Source: Owenia fusiformis
Lineage: Eukaryota
Direction of reading: 5' to 3'
DNA: 63,865 nucleotides
NCBI GenBank assembly: GCA_903813345.2
Contig: CAIIXF020000001.1
Span: 46,004,001 to 46,067,865, forward strand
Shown: piece by piece, positions 12,101-25,245 of the stretch
Layout of the letters: each line of letters begins with the position of its first letter
Numbering within the stretch: the stretch's first letter is position 1
Notes under the pieces: model-generated
The model's database searches: none
What the model was told of the DNA's origin: nothing
What the model saw: the letters and a program-made list of their open reading frames with translations, nothing else
Translations under genes and position numbers: made by a program

Positions 12101-15100
12101 GGAAAGAAGATAGTGACCACATAAATTAAGGAGGCAATGCAATGTTTTAGCCCAACAGTGAGGTTCTGCCATCACCCTTAATCTTATAAGAAGAAGCAGA
12201 TTCAAGGATATTTCTCAATATTTTCAGTTAGACTGCTTCAATCATGGCCTTCCAAGAGAAAGAATAATACTCCTTACATTTAATTCTGATGTGGTTATCC
12301 TGGCATATGGTTACCTGCCCATGAGCAAAGTTAAATCCTCCCCATTTCTCATACAATCATTGGATGTGATGTTACATCTGTATTCTACTGTTATGGAAAA
12401 ATGGAATAAATGGATTGAGATTTAAATGTGTCACTGAATTTTCTAATTGTTGTTAATCATTATCTCAGTAGGAATAAAGTGAAAAACAGACTATTTTCCC
12501 CATTTTGAGATCATTTTATCTTGAAAATTATTGTGATAACATTTGGCATTCTTGTGCCCAATCATTGACTGTCATTATTCACTGGCAGAATCCTTGACAG
12601 AAGCAGCTCACCTTAACCCCCCCCCCCATCAGGCTAAGGTGACTGGACTTACTACCCTTTGCATTCATTCGACTTTCCTTCTCAAAAGAGAGCTTCGTCT
12701 TCACTCTATCAGTTTTCAATGAATCTCTGAACTCACTGCGCTAATCAGAGTTTGTTGTCGAAATAATGACGGCTTTCTATATGGTCATTTTCTCTGACGA
12801 AATCGCATCATTAATGTGCACGCATTTACCACTTGTTCCTTCAAGCTCACTGATTGGTTGAGAATAGGTCAGCATGGTTTATTGCAGCTTGGGTCATAAA
12901 TGCTTTAAGACCCAAGCTGCCAATGGCATCGGTCATGGGGACGGGGCTGCTAAACTCACTCCATCTTTTGCTGCTATATTATGGTAATATATGATAAAAT
13001 CACTCCTGACCTGTCAAAAGCTAAAAATGTCATTTTTCAAATTTCCATTATTTTTTACATCTCCTAAGGAATAATATGACAAAACAAGAGTATATGACAC
13101 AATCCTAAGCTCAATTGAGATGCATACGTCTCATAATTAAGAAAAGCTCAAGGTTAAATAAGCCCCCCCCCCAGGCCATCATAAGCTAAAATGAAAATTT
13201 CAAATTTTAAGAAATGTCCAATCATTTTCTACATCTTATTGGAGGTATTATGATTAAACAGAATTATATGCACCATCTTGAGCTAATTTGGGATACATAT
13301 ATTACAAACCTTGAAAGTAATTAAGGTAAAATATGGTTACCCCTGGCCCTTCAGAAGCGATAATGAAATTTTTTTTTTTTTGAAAAGTTCCAATCATTTT
13401 TCAATCCAATTAGGAATAATATGACAAAACAAGACTCAATGCACCATTTTGAGCTCATATGAGACCCATACATTGCATATCTTAAAAATTATTAAGGTAG
13501 AATAAGGTTACCCCTAGGCCGCAAGGGCTTAAAAATTCAAATTTCGATAATTTTTATCTCAAAAAATACATGAGCTACCCAAGCCATATTCTATATTTGT
13601 GATGAACACTTATACCCCTATTAGTATGAATTTTTCCAATATGATCAGACATCACATTCTTGAAATACAGTACTTGATGTCCCATATTTGACCCTTTAAA
13701 AGATGAATTCACGCTAGATAATTGGGTCAAAATGCATTTTCCACACTAAACACCACATTTACTATCGGTTTGTCTCAATTTCAAGGCTCAGAGCAATCAC
13801 CAAATTAAGTCATTTAAAAAAATTTACTTCACAACCATTTTTATTTATCTTTTATAATGTACCCCCTCCCCGCCTGATAGGGGTTGGGGTCAGAGACTAA
13901 AAAATCCATGAAGACCACTCCGGATCACTTGCCCCGAAATCATTTTCCACTCAGATCAAGTGTTTCTACAACTGTGCCAAGTTTGTTGCTTTCCTGAAAA
14001 AGTCGAACTATAAAGGGCTCATTTCTGGACATCTGACTGCGCTATACGCTAATATTTTTTGTTCAAGACATTCACGCCGAAATAGCCTGACAACTATAAA
14101 GTACATACATGTACCGTTGTCACAAATGGCGGACATAACCGTCGCTCCAATCAGATTTTCATGAACTGTATGTACTGTTTAATAGAGCACCTACACTAAA
14201 TTCCTTTGGAACAACAATCAATCAAAGTGCTTTATACTCATTGTACAGTTATTAATGTTCTACCATCGAAATAAAGTTTTCAATCTAACCGAACAAAATG
14301 AGATACGGGACAACGGACACTGTATTACCACATGCCGTTGTCTTTGTATATTATTTCAAATTCAGATTCCATTGTCATTGACAATATCGAAGACGCTATA
14401 TTTTGGCGATTTACGACCAAATTTGATCGAAATTGGGATTTCATATCATCACAAGAGCTTAATACATGCACAGAATTAGCGACGATAGAATTCAGTGAAA
14501 TGAGGACCAAGTGTTTAAAAAGTTGAAGCGACGGTTATGTCCGTCATTTTTGACAACGGTATCTGGCTTTACCGTTGTCAGGCTATTCCGATGTGACATT
14601 TGGACCACGAAATGAAAAATATTGAAACATGAGTCTTCATATGGGGTGGTATTTCTTGTAAAAAGTGATTTCGATAATCATATCTTAACTCGTACTTACG
14701 AGAGTACGAGTTCCCTATCGAGAAGTTGTTAATTAAATTCATATATCAGTTACAGATACAGACATGGGCCGATACAACTTGTTTATATTACGCTTACCAC
14801 ACATGAGCTTTCAAGAGAGCTTTCAAGAGTCTCTTGAAAGCCCATCCGCTTACACCATGGTACAAACAAGGAATCAGTATTATAGGTGACGCTATGTGCT
14901 TTGTGCATTGTACTGATCCCGATTATTAATACTACTGACCTTTCTACTTTCTTCGACCTGGATTTCCTGGTTATAAGGGATGTGTTTTCTTTTCCTGTCG
15001 AATCTGAAATTAAAACAATATCTCCTCACATTTACACGTACCCCTGTGTTTCATTTTGTAATTTTGTTAAAAAAGCAATTCATTTGTTTTATTGATTAAA

Positions 15101-17246
15101 AAATCAACAAGGCCAAACTCGAATAAAACATGTACATGTAGTGTTACTTGATTTGAAAACACTTTGATAAATGATACATTATGAACGAAAATATGTTTCC
15201 TTCGGTATAAAGTTCCACTCTATACGGACCTATTAGCTGCCGGCCATGAAAAAACCCGTGAATGCAAAAAATTATATGAATAACATATGCCACTATTCCA
15301 TTCATATTTAAATGAGTTTGTCATAAAATAGTAGGCTAATCCGGTAGACGACAGGCGATAGAATTGCATTCGCGAATACAAGCTCATACTATCAGTGTAT
15401 AAGACGTAAAGGTAAGACCGTACACTGCATTTTGCAAGCCGGGATCCAAATAACATCATGGTCCGAAATAACTTTTATGTTTGTTGGGCCATGAGCCTAT
15501 AAGACAGGTTTACTGTTAGGCTAAATGTATCTTTCTTGGGTTCCCAGACCCACCTCGTAACTTTCTTATTTGATATCATAAAATGCATCATCCAAAAACT
15601 TTTGAATATCTTTTATTGCGAGGTTGCCATCTGCTGTACCCATAAAAAGGTTATTTATTCCTGCACTATTCATGATCAACTGGCGCCAGAAGATAACAAC
15701 AAGCGAGAACAACTCTATGAACGCTACGTTTAATTGTCTTATTTCCCGCAGTAAACCTTATTACAGTGGGGCAACTGTTACGATAACTATAATTTCCATA
15801 ACATTTTCAAAATGGCGGGACGTTGGTTTTTCGTAACCCGTAATCCACTTCTGTTTGTAACGTCCACTGACAAATCTCGGGGGGGGGGGGGAACTGGTGG
15901 GCCCCATCTTGGTTTAGGATTGGGCTTCAAGGCCTCATTTTCAAATTAGGCTTAATTTTGGAACAATGGGTCTGAATATGTGTGGGCCCCCTTCGTGAAT
16001 TTATAGATCCGCCCATGTCGTCATCCAGTTTGATTGATATACGAATCGTAATTGTTTTATACGCACCTTACGTCGGGCTTTGTTGCTAGTGAGTAGACGA
16101 TCATGGATGTTCCCATAAGGCAGGCGAAACTTATTATGGTCACAAGAGGGACTAACTGAAATAACAGAATTATATTACATTATAAGAAAAGGAAATATAA
16201 TATAGTGTCAAAGTCTATGTTATATCGACTATGTATACTGCTATTATCAAGGAACTGATGTCCTATGACCAAATCAATGTTTCCTTGTTTTTGCATGTCA
16301 AATGATTAATTTCTGATTTATATTCACCCTTTCCTAACATAGAGAGGGAAGTACATGTATGATAAAATATATCTATAATACACATTGAAAATAATCGTAC
16401 ATTCGAAATGTTGTTATTGTGATTGTATAGTGCTTACCACCTGGTTAATAATTCATGTGAAGTGTTTGTTTATGTTTGTTTTTGTAAAGAGAAAATAAAG
16501 GTACTACATAAGTAAGCCCTACTACATCACAAAATAATCGTAAAATGTTCAATGCGACCTGCCGTGAAATTTCATCGCGATATTTTTACATATTTCTAGG
16601 CTATCAAACCGAAGATTATTCCATTTATCATCGGCATATTTGCAGGGTATCATGACTTCATATAAACGTTCCATAGATAGACAATTAACGACTTGTGGGC
16701 ATAGAAAATATTATACACAGCTCGTGCATGTATAAAGGAAGTATATGGAATACTGGCAAATGTCATTTCAAGGACATGTCTAATAAAGATCACAAATTGT
16801 GAATGCGAAACTGAGACCGTTGATATTAACGATTTAATTTCAACATCCATTTGAAAACAGGAAAACGTGATAAATAATTGTATATCTCTTTGCATTTTGT
16901 TGCATTTGCGTGGGTTCATGATCATTTACTGTATAATTAAATATCCCTACTAATAATAAACCGTGTGTAACTTTGATATTCAGGATTGTATGTCAACTTG
17001 ACCATGAGTCGCCCTCCGCTGATATTCAAGAGCCATATCCAGTTACAAAAGCATCATCGTATGATGTATTAAGTGAACGTGAATTCGAATGAAACTCCAT
17101 CTGATCTTGAAAGTGTGAAGGTCATTTGGAATATTATTGATTACTTGAACAAATTGAAGTTAACTTACAGCATAGTTCTTTTTCAAGGCTCGAAAGCCGA
17201 ATCCGATGTTTCGCAGTCTGTTGGGTATCTGGCTGGCCATCCCCAT
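9137..17246 (-). CDS. NDUFA4-like: NDUFA4/NMES1 (C15orf48)-family cytochrome c oxidase accessory subunit, 111 aa; complement(join(9137..9241,14940..15003,16067..16155,17169..17246))
   Basis: Four GT-AG exons (intron phases 0, 2, 0) translate to MGMASQIPNRLRNIGFGFRALKKNYA-LVPLVTIISFACLMGTSMIVYSLATKPDVR-FDRKRKHIPYNQEIQVEESRK-LREVNPEKYTYDPEIVKLREELGKYQANVHTNEL*. Family hallmarks are present: KK..L[IV]PL, a single TM helix and [KN]PDV..DR[KN]..P. Not represented in the ORF track. Confidence 0.9.
9485..14044. mobile_element. Large non-autonomous foldback DNA transposon, TAG...CTA termini, 3-bp TSD (Academ-like), in intron 3 of the NDUFA4-like gene
   Basis: Ends TAGCGCAGTCAGATGTCC ... GGACATCTGACTGCGCTA, with TAC on both flanks (9482-9484, 14045-14047). 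The ~1-kb inverted arms (9485-~10500 and ~13020-14044) include ~180-bp subrepeats. No long ORF inside. Superfamily assignment is inferred from termini and TSD. Confidence 0.8.
14114..14559. mobile_element. TA-flanked MITE with CCGTTGTC termini
   Basis: TA|CCGTTGTCACAAATGGCGGACATAACCGTCGCT ... AGCGACGGTTATGTCCGTCATTTTTGACAACGG|TA. Related end fragments sit just outside, at 14081-14094 and 14570-14587. Confidence 0.7.
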
Positions 17247-18785
17247 TTTGGTAGTTTCCCTTTGACGACAACATTATTATTGTATATATTTAGAATTATA
17301 ATGTATATCAGGGAAAAATAGGTATAAGTGATCATGGGAGAAATTGACAAAATAAATATCATATAATTTTCATATTTGTGTTCTACAATATTGTTGCCCA
17401 TTGTGCATTATAAAAATGCACATTATTATTGTACTGTAAGACTCGGATTAGTGGAGAAAATAAAAAATCATACCATTTCATATTATATCATCATATCACT
17501 TTATATCATATCATTTGTAATTGTATCATATCTGGCAAAGTGTAAAATAAACAGTCATATCACTATTGAGAATTCGAACTGAACCATATAGAAAGACATT
17601 TACTCATTAGCAGTATAAATCAATATAGTTTGCTATATGGGTTTCGGATAACGTAATATCATTATAATATATTATATAAGCAGACTCAATTACGAACACA
17701 ATAAACCATTATTTTCAATTTAATTTTGACAAAAATGCGACAAAATACAAATTATATTTATTTTTTTGCAAAATATCCACGATAACACTCACCGAGGTAT
17801 TCTATGTCCAGCCCTAGATTTCTAATTTCGTAATGCTGTTCAAAGTCACGGATATCATTGCATATTCATGATAGGGCAATAAACAATGGTGGAACGCTTC
17901 GTTCTTCACGTAGGCCCTCCCTTAACAAGGTCTCTTTCATTTCGATTGAAATTATATGTATCAGGGTAGAATGCCCTTGTCAAGGATGACGTAGACCTAA
18001 TTGCCATCTTCGGAAAACACACGTGACTAAATTGAGAATGACTAGGGAATCCCGGTTGAATCAGAAATGATCTCAATTATTCATGGAAATATGCATTATC
18101 ATTTTGCATTTTACAGCCTCTACAGCAATCTGGCTAAAATACACGTCCTTAAGAGAAATTGTTCACCAACGTGAAGAATTATGGTCATTGAGAGATTACA
18201 ATTTAACTCTGGTTTAATTAATTTTTATAGTATTTACTTGGCTGCATGAGTATAAAGGTAAAAAGGTAAATAACTGTCATTTATAGGTGCCAGATATTTT
18301 TTACAAAGGACAGTAATCCTGGGGGGGGGGGGGGGGGGTCATTTCATTACACGTTCGCGTTCAAAAACGTGTAGCTTAACCTCCATAGATGTGGACACGA
18401 AAATGAAAGGCCTACTATTCAAAATCCCTCCTTGTTTTCTATCTTTTATTTTTTGCGATTTTTTAACACAGAATGCAAAATACGAATGGAAACCTTCGAC
18501 GGATTTTATAGAGTATATCTTTATTACTGTGATTAATTGCTCAGCCAGACCTGCAGAGAGACTATCGATCGTGCCTTTAGTGACATCTATTTTAATCGTT
18601 TAAAACTCAATATTTTATTGTTCAGTTCTATGAATATGGTTCCACAGCAGCTATTTAGAAACTTCTTTAAAGGGACCCAACACCATGGTCACATGATCAG
18701 TCGTGTGGAGGTAAGCTCCCAGTTGAAATAAAAGCACTGTCCTCCTTTGGTTTCTGTGAAAAGTAGCTAATACCCTCATGTATTG

Positions 18786-21700
18786 TAGTGGGATCAGTTA
18801 GGACAATAAAACCCTAGAATTGCACTTGCTATATATAAAGCACAATTTTTTGACAGAAGTATCATTGATACATATATATTCGATATCTAACGAAGTGGTA
18901 TTGGAAAGTGGCCCCAGTTGATAATAGCAGCCCTCGAAGATTTTGCACATTTACATTGAGCCCCATGTTAATTTATCAATCTTCTCAAGACCCCCAGCAG
19001 AACAGTTCTAGAGTAATAAAGCCCATATTCCCAGTATGTTACAATTATATGGTTATCTTTAAAATAAGAAGGGTTAAATTTTTTCTTTTGCCCAGTTCCA
19101 AAGATATTGACATTTGAATTTTGGAAAATCTCCATTGGCTGCCATTATAAACCACTATGAATATGGCTTTACTAAAGTGTTAATTTCTCAAAAAGTTTAC
19201 TATGGAATTTTCTAATATTGCAGATTTCTATAATTAATATATTGAATTTAAAAAAATCAAACAGACACATTTCTAAAAATTTCTTATTTTTGAAATATTT
19301 AGCTGTTAAGTTACGCATAAAACTATAGAAAACCTGTATTGAGCCCAATGTTAATTCATCAATCTTCAAAAGACCCCCTGCAGAACATTTCTAGAGTAGT
19401 AAAGCCCATATTCACAATATGTTACAATTATATGATTATCTTCAAAACAGGAAGGGTTAAATTTTTTCTTAAGCCTAGTTCCAAAGATATTGACGTTTGA
19501 ATTTTGGAAAATCTCCATTGGCTGCCATTATAAACCATTATAAATATGGCTTTACTAAAGTGTTAATTTCTCAAAAAGTTTACTACAGAATTTTCTAATA
19601 TTGCAGATTTCTATACTTAATACATTGAATTTAAAAAAATCAAACAGACACATTTCTAAAAATGTCTTATTTTTGAAATACTTAGCCGTTAAGTTGCGCA
19701 GGAAACTATTGAAAACCTGTATTGAGCCCCATGTTAATTCTCAATCTTCAAAAGACCTCCTGCAGAACAGTTCTAGAGTAAAAAGCCAATATTCCTAGTA
19801 TGTTAAAATCATACGATTACCTTCAAAATACAGAGGGTAAAGTTTTTTCTTTCGCCTAGTTCAAAAGATATTGCCGTTTGAATTTTGAAAAATCCCCATT
19901 GGCTGCCATTATAAACCGCTATCAATATGGCTTTACTAAAGTGTCCTTTTCTCAAAAAGTCAACTATGGAATTTTCTAATATTGCAGATTTCTATAGTAA
20001 ATATATTGAATTAAGTGATAACTTACTGAAATACTGGCAAAATGTTTTAGGTTTATGCCATTTTAGCACTAATAGCCGTAAGACCTCTGCTAGAGAGGGA
20101 ATTTCCAATATGGCCGTTCAATTGAAAATGTCTGCTATTTTCTGCTATTTTGGATTATTTTTTTATAATCCGACTTCAATTTATTTCGCCTATGGATTTC
20201 TTTGAAGGAGTTCATTCCATAAATAAATAAAATTATAAGATGCACGATTTTTGCTATTTGTAATGAAATAATCATTGTACATGTTGACAGGGATTCATTT
20301 TATCTTTTGAAACAATTAAGTATGAATAAAACAACATTTAGTTTACAAACTTGAAAGACATCAATATATCTATTTTAGTTGAAAGGGGATGCTGTTGGCG
20401 TAAGTTTCTGATATTAAGTCCTAAACATTGGGTCAAACATTGTACCGTATATTTATTTTCAAAATATGTGATTTAAATCATTGTGATAATAACATGAGTT
20501 TAGTTATCAGGGACTTATCAAGACTTATTATTACGTTTTAGTAATTCATTGTATTAAAAATGTATGTAATCTTGAAGACCTAAAAAGTTGAAAGAAATAG
20601 GATATACACTTTAATCAAAGGCATATTTATAGCGTTGTATGATGACAGCCAATAGACATTTTTCAAAATTCAAACGCCAATATCTTTGGAACTAGGAAAG
20701 AAAAAATGCTTTGACCCTTCTTATATTTTGAAGATAATCATGCTATTGTAACACAAAAGCAATATGGCTTTATTACTCTAGAACTGTTCTGAGGGTGGTC
20801 ATTTGAAGATTGATTAAAATTAACATGGGGCATAGGTTTTCTATGGTTTTGTGTGCAACTTAACGGCTAAATATTTCAAAAGTAAGAATTTTTTAGAATT
20901 GTGTCTGTTTGATTTTTTTAAATTCAATGTATTTCCAATAGAAATCTGCAATATTAGAAAATCTCATAGAAATCTTTTTGAGAAATTGACACTTTAGTAA
21001 AGCCATATTTATAGTGGTTTATAATGGCAGCCAATGGAGATTTTCCAAAATTCAAAACGTCAATATCTTTGGAACTAGCCAAAAAGAAAAAAATTTTAAT
21101 CCTTCTTATTTTGAAGATAATTATGTTATTGTAGCATACTAGGAATATGGGCTTCATTGCTCTTGAACTGCAGGGGGTCCTTTGAAGATCGCTAAATTAA
21201 CATTGGGCTCAATTAGTTTTTTTTATAGTTTCATGTGCAACTTAAGGGCTTAATAAAAAGATTTTCAGAAATGTGCATGTTTGGATTCTTTTAAGTTAAT
21301 ATATTAACTATAGAAATCTGCAATATTAGAAAATTCCATCGTGAATCTTTTGAGAAAATGACATTTTAGTAAAGCCATATTGATAACGGTTTATAATGGG
21401 AGTTAATAGGAATTTTCCAAAATTCAAAAGCCAATATCTTTGGAAACTAGGAAAAAGTAAAAATTTAACCCTTCTTATTTTAGAAATAATCATGTTATTG
21501 GAATAAACCAGCAATATGTGCTTTATTACTCTAGAACTGCTCTGTCTTTTGAAGATTGATAAATGAACATTGGGCTCAATATAGGTTTTCTATAGTTTCG
21601 TGTGCAACCTAATGGCCAAATATTTCAAAAATAGGAAATTTTTAGAAATGTGTCTGTTTGATTTGTTTAAATGCAATATATTAACAATAGAAATCTGCAA

Positions 21701-22506
21701 TATTAGAAAATTCCATAGTGGACTTTTTGAGAAAAGGACACTTTAGTAAAGCCATGTTGATAGTGGTTTATAATGGCAGCCAATGGAGATTTTCCAAAAT
21801 TCAAACGTCGATATCTTTGGAACTAGGGAAAAGAAAAAATTTAACCCCCCTTGTTTTGAAGATAATTATGTTATTGTAACATACTAGGAATATGGGCTTT
21901 ATTGCTCTAGAACTGTTCTGCAGGGGGTCCTTTTAAGATAGCTAAATTAACATTGGGCTCAATATAGGTTTTTTTATAGTTTCATGTGCAACTTAACAGC
22001 TTTATATTTCAAAAATAAGAAATTTTTAGAAATGTGTCTGTTTGATTTTTTTTAAGTCAATATATTAACTATAGAAATCTGCAATATCAGAAAATTCCAT
22101 AGTAAACTTTTTGAGAAAAGTATATTTTATTACAGCCATATTGAAAGCGGTTTATAATGGGAGTCAATGGGAATTTTCCAAATTTCAAAGGCCAATATCT
22201 TTGGAACTAGGCAAAAGAAAAAATTTAACCCTTCTTATTTTGAAGATAATTATATAATTGTAACATACTAGGAATATGGGCTTTATTACTCTAGAACTGT
22301 TCTGCAGGGGGTCTTTAGAAGATTGATAAATTAACATGGGGCTCAATGTAAAAATGCAAAATTTTCAAGGGCTGCTATTATTAAATGGGGGCACTTTTCA
22401 TTACCACTTCGTTAGATATCAAATTTATATGTATTAAGGATACTTTGGTCAAACAATGGTGCTTTATATATAGCAAGTGCAATTGAACAGCTAACTGGCC
22501 CCACTA
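18786..22506. mobile_element. Second large foldback element, TAG...CTA termini, 3-bp TSD (Academ-like), arms built from ~381-bp tandem repeats
   Basis: TTG|TAGTGGGATCAGTTAG ... CTAACTGGCCCCACTA|TTG. The left arm has ~3 direct copies (marker AATTTTG[GA]AAAATC[TC]CCATTGGCT at ~19118, 19500, 19881). The right arm has ~4-5 inverted copies (20630-22350). Confidence 0.85.
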
Positions 22507-24117
22507 TTGGTCAGTTTGTGTGTCACACGACTAATCCCCACCATATGCTTCATTCAACATATTTTATGCTATTGAGCTGCATATATAAACAGTACTTTGC
22601 AACTAAGGTCATACAGTATACTTACCCCTTGCAATTTGTAATTTATTGAATTCACAGTAAACCCATCAAATTTTAAGAAAACAAATAATATTGTTCTCAT
22701 GGATCTATTATTTATGTTAGACTAACTATGAAAATATAATTATGAAATAATATGTTAGCTTGAAGTCATATATAAGATGAAAATATATGTTCATGCATTT
22801 GCATTTTTCCAAAGGGAATATTCCCATGTAAGTAAATACAGGTGCAATATATAATTTATATGTATATCTATGTCATCTGTCTATACATGCGCGTATAGCC
22901 TAGTGTTACATGTGAACAAGATGGTTCTGGAAAGAAATGAGCGTGGCAGATTTGCTAAAATGCCACATACACCACAAAAGCAAGACCAATTTGAAAGTAA
23001 GTTCATTATTCTCAAGGGTACACTTCAAGTGAAAGCTACATTGCTACAGGGTGGCCTATCATTCTGAGACAAATGTATTATCCAACGATTGTGATTTTCG
23101 GAGCTAAAATATGATATCTTGAGCAGATGGAAATACATTCCCATGAGATATGTATATATAGTCAAAAGTGATAACTATTTATTGAGTGTAATGAAATGTA
23201 TCCTACGCTAACTGCTTTTGTTTGAGATAATTATCATGAAATGTTTTTAAATCAATTTTTATGTGTGTCATTGATCCTAATCCACCCTGTAGTCTGGTGT
23301 TTGTAGAGCATTGCGACTCGTACAACTTATTCTCACAAATATCAAACCTCATTTACTAATTAATTTTTTGTGTGAATATGAAGAGTCCAAGCATTGCTTT
23401 TTTATGTTTATTGTATAGCTATATTTAGCCTTGATATCCATGATTTTTTAAAACAAAATCTCACCGTTAGATTTCGGGCTATTCATGTTTACTCATTTGT
23501 CTAATTGGAAAACAATGCAAATCTCATTTTTTCAAAGGAAAAAAATTGAAATTCTAAGACGGTGAAAAATCATTAAAAAATACACAGATTCAGAATCCGG
23601 CAAGCATTTTCCCTTATTCCTCTCCGTTAAGAAGTTTTGCAAGGTGTTGGATTCCTTTAAAGACGTACTTCTTCAGAAGAACCCTTGGTTTAAAGGACCT
23701 ACTCGCTGACTTTTCTCTGCCCAACAAAAGGTACCGTGGCAAATTGAATGTTTTGGAAAAGATTAATCATATTTTTATTTCTAATTGAAAACAAGTGACA
23801 CTTCTAGCTCGAAGCAAGTAGAAGAGATCGAATTAAAAAAAATGTCCGTCGAATGGTCTTTTTTATTTCATATCGTACAAACAGATTATATTGTTATGAC
23901 TGTTTGCAAATTATAGGTCAATGGTCAAGTTTGAACCCATACATATTTAAAGTAGAAGAAAATGAAAGTGAGGTAACCTGAAGTCTTTATCGTTCAATTA
24001 ATAAGCAAACCAATGTGTCATTTCGATCCATTTAAAGGGACAACTAACGTTAGAGACGAGTTTCTCAGCTCATTGTTTACTATCCCTTTAATCATTATAG
24101 TTTACGGTCACGTAGTT

Positions 24118-25245
24118 TCATATCCGCTGTAGCCATCTGGGCTCATCGGTCGAAGCTGACAAGGGGCTACTGGTTTGCATCTGAAATTGTTGGCTATTTG
24201 AAAAGCTTGGGTTAATGTTACCACTGCTTTCAGAACGTATTTGCGGGAGAAAATAATCCATGACCGTCTCGCCCTTCATTCCCTCAATCTCAGATAGGGG
24301 ACTTAGTGGAGGCGGGCGGATCATTTTTAGTGAATCCATTATATACTGCTTCTTTTTACGTCTTCTATATATAAGACAAGTAATAAGGATGAAATATGCA
24401 ATTGTTAAAGCACCACACCAAACAAGAATGATAATCACCATCCATCTACTGAGGACAACGTCATCACTCTCTAGAACGCGGGCTTCTGTTTTTGGAGACG
24501 GCATTGGAGTTGTTGAAGTTAATGAACTAGATTCCGTTGTAATTGTCTCATTCGGTGTTGTTGCTCTTGTTGTTGTTAAAGGGACGGTAGTTAGAGTGGC
24601 TATTGATGTAGTGCTCTGGGAGGTCTCCGTGGTTAACCATGACGGTGTACTGACATTAAAGTAAGATGGTATCGTTGTAGATACATTAGGCGGTACATCA
24701 TCGTCCGTATAATACGTACACCCCACGGAAAATTTATAAGGACTCTTAAGAAATGAGAAATTAAGTTTGTCATCCTTAACTGGAATGGTCTCGTTGATAT
24801 CTATATCTATTGATTTGAACCAGGAAGGGATGGTCGTGTCAAAGTATGTGTAAGCTACAGAGCTCATTCCTTCTTGGTTCATGATCCCCATTATATCGTT
24901 TGGAAAAACTCTAATAAACTCTGACGGCTTGAGAATGACTGTATTAGCTGAAGGGGCGGATTCTGGAATATGCATTTTAGCACCGACTAAAGTGTATTTT
25001 CCTCGCTCTGCAGGATCAGGCCGCCATATCCCAAACATCACGGCGTTTCCGTTGGCGAAATAGGCTGAGAACGATCGTAGTGTTCCCTTGTAATCTATAC
25101 GAATATCTTCCATGAGGAATATTGTGTTATCTGCACCAACGGCCAGGTATTGTTGCGTCGCGACCAAACCATATCCTATATTCAAAAATGCTCCACCTTC
25201 AGAGCCAGGAATCAGGCAAAGAATTGTCCAAATTGTGAACTTCAT
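24118..25245 (-). CDS. Single-exon type I membrane protein (375 aa): signal peptide, ~160-aa beta-rich ectodomain, Thr/Ser mucin-like stalk, TM helix, ~80-aa cytoplasmic tail
   Basis: Intact ATG-to-stop ORF. Hydrophobic N-terminus MKFTIWTILCLIPGSEG, T-rich stalk, TM WMVIIILVWCGALTIAYFILITCLIY followed by the RRRKKK stop-transfer, and several N-x-S/T sequons. Confidence 0.85.
   Translation of the reverse strand: MKFTIWTILCLIPGSEGGAFLNIGYGLVATQQYLAVGADNTIFLMEDIRIDYKGTLRSFSAYFANGNAVMFGIWRPDPAERGKYTLVGAKMHIPESAPSANTVILKPSEFIRVFPNDIMGIMNQEGMSSVAYTYFDTTIPSWFKSIDIDINETIPVKDDKLNFSFLKSPYKFSVGCTYYTDDDVPPNVSTTIPSYFNVSTPSWLTTETSQSTTSIATLTTVPLTTTRATTPNETITTESSSLTSTTPMPSPKTEARVLESDDVVLSRWMVIIILVWCGALTIAYFILITCLIYRRRKKKQYIMDSLKMIRPPPLSPLSEIEGMKGETVMDYFLPQIRSESSGNINPSFSNSQQFQMQTSSPLSASTDEPRWLQRI

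Noticed and set aside
18908..21514. Multiple similar short ORFs on both strands
   Set aside because: They derive from the 381-bp repeat units of the foldback element, and frames are not conserved between units.
24260..24664. Antisense ORFs overlapping real genes (also 3638-3856, 43106-43481, 57435-57755)
   Set aside because: They are shadow frames of coding exons on the opposite strand.
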